Below, piece after piece: positions 28,198 through 36,236 of a stretch of 64,000 bases of DNA. The position numbers and the translations under genes are program-made. A model generated the notes under the pieces. That model saw nothing but the letters and a program-made list of their open reading frames with translations. It did not search any database and was not told where the DNA came from. Every line of letters starts with the position of its first letter. Position 1 is the first letter of the stretch. Origin of the DNA: Candidatus Brocadiia bacterium (GTDB lineage Bacteria > Planctomycetota > Brocadiia > CAIUPP01); the NCBI GenBank assembly GCA_050015075.1, contig JBEKCB010000005.1:96001-160000 (forward strand). The letters run 5' to 3'.

Positions 28198-28976
28198 TGA
28201 CTTTCCTCATGGGCGTGAAACGGCCGATGCGGCCGGCGCGGCCGATGCGGTCCTTGGGCCGCCGCCGCCTCGGCCAGCGCGCGGACTTCTTCCGGGTTGA
28301 GTTTGCGCCAATGGCCGAGCCGGAGCACGTCGTCCTGGAGCGGCCCGATGCGGAAGCGCCGCAGGTGCGTGACCGGGAATCCGACCTTGGCGAGCATGCG
28401 GCGCACCTCGCGGTTGCGCCCTTCGTGCATCGTGATCTCGACGACCGAATCGGCCCGGCCGCGTTTGATGATCTTGACCCAACTCGCCACGCACCGATCG
28501 CCGGCGATCCAGACGCCCGCCAGCAGATCGCGCTTGGCGGAGTTGGTGATCGCGCCGCGCACCTGCGCGCGATAGGTCTTCGGCACACCGTATCGCGGGT
28601 GCGCTACGCGCTGCGTAAAGTCGCCGTCGTTCGTCACGATCAGCAGCCCTTCCGTGTCCGCGTCGAGCCGGCCGACGGTGAAAAGCCGCGCGTCGCGCAT
28701 CGGCAACAGGTCGAAGACGCACGGGCGCCCGCGCTCGTCGGCGTTCGTGCAGACGTAGCCCTGCGGCTTGTTGATGAGGTAATAGACATTGCGCGCCGGG
28801 CGGACGATCTCGCCGTCGCAGCGGACTTCCTGCCGGTCCGGATCCACCTTGGTTCCCAGTTCCGTCGCCGGCCGGCCGTCCACGGTCACGCGGCCCGCCG
28901 TGATGAGCGCCTCGCACGACCGGCGCGAGCCGAGCCCGCCGGCGGCGAGCACTTTCTGAAGTCTCTCCAGCGCCAT
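28194..28976 (-). CDS. rRNA pseudouridine synthase (RsuA/RluB family, S4 domain)
   Basis: ERLQKVLA, SRR, NKPQGY, VGRLDADTEGLL, EGRNREVRRM. Confidence 0.93.
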   Translation of the reverse strand: MALERLQKVLAAGGLGSRRSCEALITAGRVTVDGRPATELGTKVDPDRQEVRCDGEIVRPARNVYYLINKPQGYVCTNADERGRPCVFDLLPMRDARLFTVGRLDADTEGLLIVTNDGDFTQRVAHPRYGVPKTYRAQVRGAITNSAKRDLLAGVWIAGDRCVASWVKIIKRGRADSVVEITMHEGRNREVRRMLAKVGFPVTHLRRFRIGPLQDDVLRLGHWRKLNPEEVRALAEAAAAQGPHRPRRPHRPFHAHEESQ

Positions 28977-28980
28977 GATA

Positions 28981-29988
28981 TCACTCCGGTTCCGCGGTGC
29001 GGATGATCTCGAGTCCGGCAGCGCGCGGACTGTTGCGCGCTCCTCGCCGCGGAACGATTTCGTATTCCCTGACGCAGGCCGGCACCAGAACCGTTCGGCC
29101 TTTCGCCAGGGCGACTTCCTGCCAGCGCGGATCCCGCAGCCGGCCGCTGCCGGCCAGCACGTGCAGGATCTCGAAACGCCTCGTTTTCGACCGGACGCAT
29201 CCGCGGCGGACCCGCCAGCGGTCCATCACGAAGCGGTTGCATGCGACCAGCCGCTGCGCGTCGAACGGCAGCCCGCGCAACGTCCTTGGCTTCGGCCGGC
29301 GAAGCGACAACGCCCGGCCGCCCGCCGCGCGGACCGCTTGGTCGGGATGGAGCTCGCGCGGCTTGCCGTCGGCTCCGACGCGGCCCCAGTCGTAGAGGCG
29401 GAACGTCGCGTCCGAATTCTGCTGGACCTCGAACAGCACCACGCCGCCGCCGAATGCGTGAATGGTGCCGGCTTCGCAGAGCCAGACGTCGCCCGTGCGC
29501 GCGGAAAACCTTCGCACTCGCGCGGCCAGTTCGCCCGAGACGGCCAGCGCGCGGAGTTTCGGCATATCGCTCGCCGCCTTGAGGCCGCTGACGACCCACG
29601 CGTCCTTGCCGCCGCGCAGAACGTACCACGCCTCGGTCTTTCCGCAGTCGCGCAGCTTCATCGCGCGCGCGCACTCGTCGTCCGGATGCACCTGGACGGA
29701 GAACGCATCCGCCACGTCGAGCAGTTTCACCAGCAGCGGGAACCGCCCGAGCGCCGCCTTGCGGCCGAGCAGGCTCTCGCCGTGCGCGCGGATCAGTTCG
29801 CGCAGCGTCCGGCCCGACGACGGGCCGCCTTTGACCACGCTCGTGCCGTTCGGATGGTCGGCGATCTCCCAGGATTCCCCGATCCGCCCGCCCGGCGGCA
29901 GCCGTTTCGCCGCCGCGCGCGCGAGCGACCGGCCGCCCCACGGCTTGGCGACGAAGATCTCCTCGAAAACCAGGGGACCGAGATACAT
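28981..29988 (-). CDS. Type I mannose-6-phosphate isomerase (cupin)
   Basis: KPWGG, IGESWE, FPLLVKLLD, SVQVHPDD, GKTEAWY, GTIHA, EVQQNSDATFRLYDW. Confidence 0.93.
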   Translation of the reverse strand: MYLGPLVFEEIFVAKPWGGRSLARAAAKRLPPGGRIGESWEIADHPNGTSVVKGGPSSGRTLRELIRAHGESLLGRKAALGRFPLLVKLLDVADAFSVQVHPDDECARAMKLRDCGKTEAWYVLRGGKDAWVVSGLKAASDMPKLRALAVSGELAARVRRFSARTGDVWLCEAGTIHAFGGGVVLFEVQQNSDATFRLYDWGRVGADGKPRELHPDQAVRAAGGRALSLRRPKPRTLRGLPFDAQRLVACNRFVMDRWRVRRGCVRSKTRRFEILHVLAGSGRLRDPRWQEVALAKGRTVLVPACVREYEIVPRRGARNSPRAAGLEIIRTAEPE

Positions 29989-30110
29989 GCTTTCCACTTC
30001 TTCAGCAGAACCGGCGCGTCTCGGACACCGGGCCATCCGCGTCGGGGCCGGGCCGCGTTATACATTCAAGGCGCGTCCGCGTCAACCGACTCGCGGGCGG
30101 CCCGCTCCCT

Positions 30111-31031
30111 TCACGGACGGACCGCCAGCATCCGCTCGATCGCCCGGCGCGCCCGCCCGGCGATCGGCTCGGGCACGGTCACCTCGTAGACCATGTCCTC
30201 GAGCGACCAGACCATTTTCTCCAGCGTGTTCAGTTTCATGTTCGGGCAATCGGCCAGGCTCGAGGCGGGATAAAAAGTCTTGCCCGGATTTTCTTTCTTC
30301 AGCCGGTGCAGGAGCGCGATCTCGGTGCCGACGATGAATTCCTGCGCCGGGCTCGATTGACAGAGCTTGAGAATCCCGGTGGTGCTGGCGACGTGGTCGG
30401 CCAGCGCGATCACGTCGGCGGTGCATTCAGGATGCACGACCACCTTCGCCGCGGGGTGCTCGCTGCGCGCGCGGAGGATATCCGCCGCGAGGATGCGATG
30501 GTGCGTGGGGCAATAGCCGGGCCAGAGGATGAGCTTCCGCCCGGCCTGTTTCGCGGCGTAGTCCCCGAGCGATTGGTCCGGGACGAAAATAATTTCGCCG
30601 TCGGCGGGCAGGCTGCGGACGACCTGGACGGCGTTGGCGGAGGTGCAGCAGATGTCGCTCTCGGCCTTCACTTCGGCGCTGCTGTTGACGTAGCAGACCA
30701 CGCGCGCGAGAGGATGCTGCGCTTTCAGCGCGCGGAGCTCGCGGGCGCTGACCATGTTCGCCATCGGGCAGCCGGCGCGCGGATCGGGCACGAGGACCTT
30801 CTTGCCCGGGCAAAGGATCGCGGCCGTTTCGGCCATGAAATCCACGCCGCAGAAGAGGATGACCTCGGCCTTCGCCCCGGCCGCCTGCCGCGAGAGGCCG
30901 AGCGAATCGCCCACGTAGTCGGCGGCGTCCTGCACTTCCGGCCGCTGGTAATTGTGCGCCAGGATCACCGCTCGGCGCTGCGACTTGAGGCGGCCGAGTT
31001 TCTCGATCAGGCTCTCGTTCGTCAGGGTCAT
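30111..31031 (-). CDS. nadA: Quinolinate synthase
   Basis: ILAHNYQ, GDSLGLS, FCGVDFMAETA, AGCPMA, YVNSSA, CPTH, HPEC, CPNMK. Confidence 0.97.
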   Translation of the reverse strand: MTLTNESLIEKLGRLKSQRRAVILAHNYQRPEVQDAADYVGDSLGLSRQAAGAKAEVILFCGVDFMAETAAILCPGKKVLVPDPRAGCPMANMVSARELRALKAQHPLARVVCYVNSSAEVKAESDICCTSANAVQVVRSLPADGEIIFVPDQSLGDYAAKQAGRKLILWPGYCPTHHRILAADILRARSEHPAAKVVVHPECTADVIALADHVASTTGILKLCQSSPAQEFIVGTEIALLHRLKKENPGKTFYPASSLADCPNMKLNTLEKMVWSLEDMVYEVTVPEPIAGRARRAIERMLAVRP

Positions 31032-31045
31032 ATCGGCGTGGCTCT

Positions 31046-31444
31046 TCAGAGGGTCTTGTCGGTGTGCATGCCGGCCTTGAGTTCCATCGCGGCCAGCACT
31101 CGAATCGTGAGACGGCGCTCCTCCTGCGAGATAGGGCCGTAGTCTCGCTCGGGTCCGGGCCACTGGTCGAGCGTCGCGGTCACGGTCGCGTTCGTCACCT
31201 CGCCGACGAGCTGATATCCGTGATCGTGCGCCGCGTCCCAAACCGACACGGCGACTTTCGGATTCTTCGCGACGTTCTCCGCCGTCTGCGGGCAGAACCA
31301 GGCGGTGAACGCCACGTGCTCCGCGTCCAGGATGCGGATCAGCTTCGACACCGCCAGGTGCGGCTGCCCGCGATCGTCGGCGCTGGCGACATAAGCGACG
31401 GCGGCGCCCCGCAGCGCCTCTCGGACTTGCTCGGACATCACCAC
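31046..31444 (-). CDS. Pyridoxamine 5'-phosphate oxidase-like FMN-binding protein
   Basis: YVASADDRGQPH, TAENVAKNPKVAV, GYQLVG. Confidence 0.8.
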   Translation of the reverse strand: MVMSEQVREALRGAAVAYVASADDRGQPHLAVSKLIRILDAEHVAFTAWFCPQTAENVAKNPKVAVSVWDAAHDHGYQLVGEVTNATVTATLDQWPGPERDYGPISQEERRLTIRVLAAMELKAGMHTDKTL

Positions 31445-31492
31445 GATTCTATCCCTTTTCCCGTTCAGTTCTCCGCGCTTTTGCGCGAGCGA

Positions 31493-32149
31493 TCAAGCCG
31501 TCCTCAAAATGCGCATGACCTCGTCGTCCTCGACCTGGTCGAACCGTTCATAGAACTGCCCGACCGCCTGGAAATACTCCGGCGCGGCGAGACAGACGAC
31601 CTCGTCGGCCACTTCATCCAGTTCCTCGAGCGTGTCCTGCGGCCCGACCGGAATGCCGCACCAGAGCCGGGCGGGCTTTGCGGCGCGCACTCCGTTCAGC
31701 GTCGCGAGCATGGTGGCGCCGGTCGCTACGCCGTCGTCCACGACGACCACCGTGCGCCCTTCGCGCGGGGCGATTTTACGGACCGCGCGATAGGCCTCGG
31801 CGCGCTGCCGGATTCGCTCCAACTGGCGCGCGGTCTCATCGGCGACGTACTTCTCGTCGGCGCCCAGGGCCGAGATCAGGCTGCGGTTGAGGTACGTCTC
31901 GCCGCCCTCGATCACCGCGCCGATGGCCAGTTCCGGGTTGCCCGGCGCGCTCAGTTTCCTTGCGATCACGACGTCCAGTTCAGCCTTCAGCTCGCGCGCG
32001 ACGGCCGCTCCGACCATCACGCCGCCGCGCGGAATGCCCAGCACCAAGAGATTGCCGCCCGCCTGCGCGCGCAGCGCCTGCGCCAGAAACCGCCCGGCCT
32101 CCTGCCGGTCCAGAAACGGCGTGACCTTCCCGACGATTTTCAGTCCCAT
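31493..32149 (-). CDS. Phosphoribosyltransferase family protein
   Basis: FLDRQEAG, LGIPRGG, PGNPELAIGA, VVVDDGVATGAT, AVGQFY. Confidence 0.9.
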   Translation of the reverse strand: MGLKIVGKVTPFLDRQEAGRFLAQALRAQAGGNLLVLGIPRGGVMVGAAVARELKAELDVVIARKLSAPGNPELAIGAVIEGGETYLNRSLISALGADEKYVADETARQLERIRQRAEAYRAVRKIAPREGRTVVVVDDGVATGATMLATLNGVRAAKPARLWCGIPVGPQDTLEELDEVADEVVCLAAPEYFQAVGQFYERFDQVEDDEVMRILRTA

Positions 32150-32181
32150 GGTTCCCCCGCCGCGCGTTCAGCGCGATGACT

Positions 32182-32952
32182 TCACCCCGACGTTTCGATC
32201 TCCAGGCCGTCGCAGGCCAACCGGACATGCGGCGGCAGCCCGGCCTCGACCGCCGCATGGTCCAGGCGATGTGAAATATGCGTAAAGTACGCCCGCCGCG
32301 GCTTCAGCCGCTCCACAAGCTCCAGCGCACCGGAGAGGTTGAAATGCGCCGGATGCGGCGCCACCCGCACCGCGCCGACGACGAGCATGTCGAGCCCGGC
32401 CAGGAGCCGGAACGATTCGTCCGGCACCGCGCTGCAGTCGGTCAGATAAGCCAGGCCGCCGACGCGATATCCGAGGATCGCCCGCCGCCCGTGCAGGATC
32501 GGCACGGCCGTCACTGGCACGCCGCAAATCTCCGCGCCGCCGTTCATCTCGAAGGACCGCAGCCGCGGCACCTCCCAGCCGGCCGGGCCGTCCGGCTCGC
32601 GAAAGGCGTACTCGAAATTGCGCCGGATCACCTGCAAGGTCTCGGCGTTCGCATAGACCGGAACCGGCGCATTCTGCCGGCCGGAGAACGCGCGCACGTC
32701 GTCCAACCCGAGCACGTGGTCCGCGTGCGCGTGCGTCAGCAGCACCGCGTCGAGCCGCTGAACCGCGTGCCGCAGCATCTGCTGGCGCAGGTCCGGCGAA
32801 GCGTCAATGAGCAGCGCGGCCCCGCGTTCGCGGAGCAGCACCGAGGCGCGCGTGCGCCGGTTCCGCGGATCGTCCGACCGGCAGACGGCGCAGTCGCAAG
32901 CGATCATCGGAACACCGTACGAAGTTCCCGTGCCGAGAAAGAGTACCTGCAT
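32182..32952 (-). CDS. MBL-fold metallo-hydrolase (PhnP-like)
   Basis: FLGTGTSYGVP, CxCxxC, THAHADHVLGLDD, AYLTD, THISH. Confidence 0.92.
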   Translation of the reverse strand: MQVLFLGTGTSYGVPMIACDCAVCRSDDPRNRRTRASVLLRERGAALLIDASPDLRQQMLRHAVQRLDAVLLTHAHADHVLGLDDVRAFSGRQNAPVPVYANAETLQVIRRNFEYAFREPDGPAGWEVPRLRSFEMNGGAEICGVPVTAVPILHGRRAILGYRVGGLAYLTDCSAVPDESFRLLAGLDMLVVGAVRVAPHPAHFNLSGALELVERLKPRRAYFTHISHRLDHAAVEAGLPPHVRLACDGLEIETSG

Positions 32953-33157
32953 GGCTTGCCTTTTCGCTCCGGCCTCACGCTACTAAGCAGCGTACCTCAA
33001 CGCAGGCGGTCATTCAAGGCACCGAAGAGTATGGAAGGGCCGCCAAGGTCGCGGCGACTGACGTTGCCTTGCCGATTCGCCGTCCCTGGCCTGCCATTGA
33101 ATTCAGCCGCAGGTTTGGGGAGTCAAGTTCACTTGCCGCATACTGGGACCTAATACG

Positions 33158-33186
33158 TTGACAAAACGGGAATATATCAGTACATT
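33158..33186 (+). promoter_or_regulatory. sigma70 promoter of the Phd-PIN toxin-antitoxin operon
   Basis: TTGACA-17 nt-TACATT in an AT-rich tract; AAGGAG ribosome-binding site before 33226. Confidence 0.75.
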
Positions 33187-33225
33187 AATGTTGCACAGCT
33201 ATCTTATGAGAAGGAGCGCAGCGCC

Positions 33226-33519
33226 ATGAAGTTTGTGACTATCCGGGATTTCAGGAACAAGACGGCGGCCATCCGGAAGGCGCTGAGCGCAGAGCACGAG
33301 ATCGTCCTGACGGCCAACGGGCGGCCCATCGCCGTCCTCGCCGATGTTGACGAGGACACGTTCGAGGAAAAGCTCGCGGCGCTGCGCAGGGCGCGAGCCT
33401 ATTCGTTGTTGGACCGCGCTCGCGCTCGCGCCCGGGAGACGGGCGCCGACAAGTTGAGCATGGAAGAAATTGACGCAGAGATCGCGAAGACTCGCCGCGA
33501 GAGGCGCTCCGGCCGATGA
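33226..33519 (+). CDS. Phd/YefM-family antitoxin
   Basis: MKFVTIRDFR, IVLTANGRPIAVL; ATGA overlap with the PIN gene. Confidence 0.88.
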   Translation: MKFVTIRDFRNKTAAIRKALSAEHEIVLTANGRPIAVLADVDEDTFEEKLAALRRARAYSLLDRARARARETGADKLSMEEIDAEIAKTRRERRSGR

Positions 33520-33920
33520 AGGTTGTGCTCGACACGAACGTCGTCGTCTCCGGCCTGATCAAAGAGAAAGGGACCTGCGCGCAAATTCTCCGCATGGTAT
33601 TCGGCGGTCATCTTGATTTTTGCGTTGACGACCGAATCCTGCAAGAATACGAAGCGGTGCTGCACAGGCCGTTTTTTCGCATGCTTCCCGAGGACGTGAG
33701 CAACATCCTCGCCCTGATCCGCTTCAAGGCGGAACGCATAATCCCAGCGTCGTTGCGTGTTGAGATCCCCGACCGATCCGACCTTCCGTTTCTCGAAGCG
33801 GCGGCTGCGGCGAACGCCATCCTTGTCACCGGCAATGCCCGGCACTTCCCGCGTCATGAGCGCGCGGGAGTGATCGTCATGACTCCGAGGGAGTTTCTCG
33901 ACTTCCTGCGCGGCTCGTAG
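33516..33920 (+). CDS. PIN-domain toxin (VapC-like)
   Basis: MKVVLDTNVVVSG, ILQEY, PDRSDLPFLEAA, LVTGNARHFP, TPREFL. Confidence 0.9.
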   Translation: MKVVLDTNVVVSGLIKEKGTCAQILRMVFGGHLDFCVDDRILQEYEAVLHRPFFRMLPEDVSNILALIRFKAERIIPASLRVEIPDRSDLPFLEAAAAANAILVTGNARHFPRHERAGVIVMTPREFLDFLRGS

Positions 33921-33926
33921 TGTAAA

Positions 33927-33956
33927 TTGACATCATTCGCCAACCGCTGCTAGAAT
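33927..33956 (+). promoter_or_regulatory. Putative sigma70 promoter of the DUF3786 gene (very short leader)
   Basis: TTGACA-18 nt-TAGAAT with extended -10 TG; ATG 13 nt downstream. Confidence 0.6.
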
Positions 33957-33969
33957 CCGCCGGAATCCA

Positions 33970-34617
33970 ATGATTGACGCCACGCACTGGGAAAAACTTC
34001 GCGCGATGGACCCGCGGGACGTGACGGCGCGTTCGCTCGCGGATTATGACGCGCCGTCGGCGCAGTATCGCTTGCGGATTCTGACGGACGAGGTCCGGAT
34101 TTCACCCGAGAAGCGCACGGTCGCCTGGCCGCCGAGCGCCGGAGCGGGCGCAGCGACCGCACTCAGGACCGCTAAGCCGCCCGGGTTCAACTACTGGCTC
34201 GTGTCGGTAGTGTATCTGCTTTCGGCCAAGGCGCTGCCGCCGAAGGGCGAGTGGGTGTCGGCTACTTCGCTGCCGTACGGCGAGTTCTTCTTCCGCGGGC
34301 CGCACGCGCTGGCGACCGAGGCGGTCGCGGCGGCCTTCGCGGATCGGCCGGAGGCGTTCGAGCGGGCCGCCGAAGCGCTCGGCGGAAAGCGCTGGCCCGC
34401 GGCGCCTTGTCCTGAGCATAGTCGAAGGGGCGGCGCCTTCGTCCTGCCGGCGCTGCCGCGCGTGCCGATGCTGGCGCAGCTCTGGGAGCGCGACGAGGAG
34501 TTCCCCGCGCGCGCGAGTTTCCTGTTCGATTCCACCGCCGGCGACCACCTGATGGTGGACGCAATCTGGTCGCTCTCGGCCATCGTGGCCAAACGTCTCG
34601 TCGAGTCCGCAGGCTGA
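33970..34617 (+). CDS. DUF3786-like protein with a repeat-derived insertion
   Basis: YLLSA, GEWVS..LPYG.FF, AAEALGG, ALPRVPM...WERDEEFPARASFLFD. Confidence 0.8.
   Translation: MIDATHWEKLRAMDPRDVTARSLADYDAPSAQYRLRILTDEVRISPEKRTVAWPPSAGAGAATALRTAKPPGFNYWLVSVVYLLSAKALPPKGEWVSATSLPYGEFFFRGPHALATEAVAAAFADRPEAFERAAEALGGKRWPAAPCPEHSRRGGAFVLPALPRVPMLAQLWERDEEFPARASFLFDSTAGDHLMVDAIWSLSAIVAKRLVESAG
34405..34428. repeat. Half REP-like element ccttgtcctgagcatagtcgaagg in frame inside the DUF3786 gene
   Basis: 24 nt encoding PCPEHSRR; same core as 17184-17204 and 22460-22478. Confidence 0.7.
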
Positions 34618-34628
34618 AGGAGTGGGTC

Positions 34629-35441
34629 TTGCAGAAATTTCTTCTCGGCTACAACGTCGAGTCGTCCGAGTGGAGCCGGCCCGGCGCGCTGGTCCGGTTC
34701 CTGGGAGCCGCAGCTCGGCTGCACCGGGAGCTGGCGCTGCCGTGCACCTTCTTTGTGCGAGGCCAGTCGCTCGAGGAGCATCCGGACGAATTCCGCCGGC
34801 TGCGCGACGAGTGCGGCGAGCTGATTGACCTCCAGCAATTCACCTATTCTGCGCTGCCGCTGAAGACGGTCTGCCAGGAGAACCATCGCGGGCGGGCCGT
34901 TTTCCAGGGCGGCACGCCGCGCCAATGCCGCGACGACATCGCGCGCGCGTCGGAGGCCATGGAGCGAGTCCTCGGGCGCCGCCCGACCGGGCTCGGCGGC
35001 CCGCTCGGATATTATCGCGGTCTGGCGGACCGGCCCGACCTGCTGGAGATCGTCAGCGGCCTGGGCATCCGGTTCACGCGCACCTTCACCCGGAACTCGC
35101 GCGACTGGAGCCCGCTGGCCTTCGAGACGCAGCCGTTCCGCTATTCCGCCGAGGGCTTCCCGGACGTGCTCGAAATCCCCGGCCAGGGCTGGCCGGACTG
35201 GGCGCTGAAGGAGGCGCTTGGCCCGGCGAACTCGGAGCTCTATGTCCGCCAGATGTGCAAGGACCTGGACTACGTCGCCGCCAAGCAACTCACCTGGAGC
35301 TGCGTCCAGCACGACTGGTCGGCCATCGAGGGCGACCCGGAGATGCGCTCCACGCGCGCCATTCTCCAACACGCAGGCAAGCTGGGCTTCCAGGCGCAGA
35401 CGCACCGGGCGTATTTCGCGGAGTGCGGATTACAAACGTAG
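34629..35441 (+). CDS. Polysaccharide deacetylase (NodB-like) family protein, divergent
   Basis: LLGYNVE, PCTFFV, IDLQQFTYS, ERVLGRRPTGLGGP, VQHDW; the canonical metal-binding His residues appear substituted. Confidence 0.65.
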   Translation: MQKFLLGYNVESSEWSRPGALVRFLGAAARLHRELALPCTFFVRGQSLEEHPDEFRRLRDECGELIDLQQFTYSALPLKTVCQENHRGRAVFQGGTPRQCRDDIARASEAMERVLGRRPTGLGGPLGYYRGLADRPDLLEIVSGLGIRFTRTFTRNSRDWSPLAFETQPFRYSAEGFPDVLEIPGQGWPDWALKEALGPANSELYVRQMCKDLDYVAAKQLTWSCVQHDWSAIEGDPEMRSTRAILQHAGKLGFQAQTHRAYFAECGLQT

Positions 35442-35482
35442 CGCCGTGGACGTCAGCTTTCACGGTATAATGCGGCATTGGC

Positions 35483-35818
35483 ATGGTTCAGAGCTCAGAG
35501 TTGAAAGCAGTCAGAGCGCGCCTGCAAGAGCAGGCAAAGCACGACTCAGTGCGAATTTCGATCCACGCCCATCAAGAGATGGTCGAGGAGGACATATCTT
35601 ATGATCAAGTGCGCGAAGTCCTTTCTCTTCCACAAATCTTGGAGAACTACGCGGAACACAAGCGAGGTTCATGCTGCCTCATTTGCGGAAGGACAAGCAG
35701 TGGACGATTCATACACATTGTCTGCACCACATCGCTGGAAGTTGCGATAATCATCACCGTTTACGAGCCCAAGCCGCCCAAATGGGTGACGCCTTTTGAA
35801 AGAGGAGAACGAACATGA
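35483..35818 (+). CDS. DUF4258 family protein (predicted toxin)
   Basis: ISIHAHQEM, ILENY, SCCLICG, FIHIVC, IITVYEP...W. Confidence 0.85.
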   Translation: MVQSSELKAVRARLQEQAKHDSVRISIHAHQEMVEEDISYDQVREVLSLPQILENYAEHKRGSCCLICGRTSSGRFIHIVCTTSLEVAIIITVYEPKPPKWVTPFERGERT

Positions 35819-36039
35819 AGTGCTCCATTCATGGATGTCCCGGCACGTACGAAGATAAGCTCATTGTCCACACCGTCAGGCGGGGAACCGAGGTCCTAGT
35901 TTTCGAGAATGTCCCGGCTGAGGTATGTAGCGTCTGCTCCGACACGCTTCTCGTGCCCGAGACGGTTCGCCATCTTGAAACGTTTATGCGCCATAAGCGG
36001 AAACCGGGACGATATGCTCCAGTGTACGAGTATGCGTAG
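35815..36039 (+). CDS. YgiT/MqsA-type zinc-finger protein (predicted antitoxin, no HTH)
   Basis: MKCSIHGC...FENVPAEVCSVCSD; ATGA overlap with the DUF4258 gene. Confidence 0.85.
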   Translation: MKCSIHGCPGTYEDKLIVHTVRRGTEVLVFENVPAEVCSVCSDTLLVPETVRHLETFMRHKRKPGRYAPVYEYA

Positions 36040-36236
36040 TTGCTCTCCGAAGGCAGCCGGAAGAATTCGACAGCGGCAGTTCCCTGCTCGCTCAGGCCGC
36101 GAGAACAGAAACAACAGTGCTGCCGGAATCCTCTGAACCTGTCTTTAAGATAAGGCCTAAATCGATAGAAAATATTTGCGCAACGATTATTGGAGCTTGC
36201 TGAGGCTGGCATTATCGCTCATGAGTGGCACCGGAC

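Noticed and set aside
36165-36230. AT-rich stretch translating as KIFAQRLLELAEAGIIAHE, reminiscent of an HxlR-type winged-helix fragment
   Set aside because: Too short, preceded by an in-frame stop and lacking a start codon; may be coincidence.
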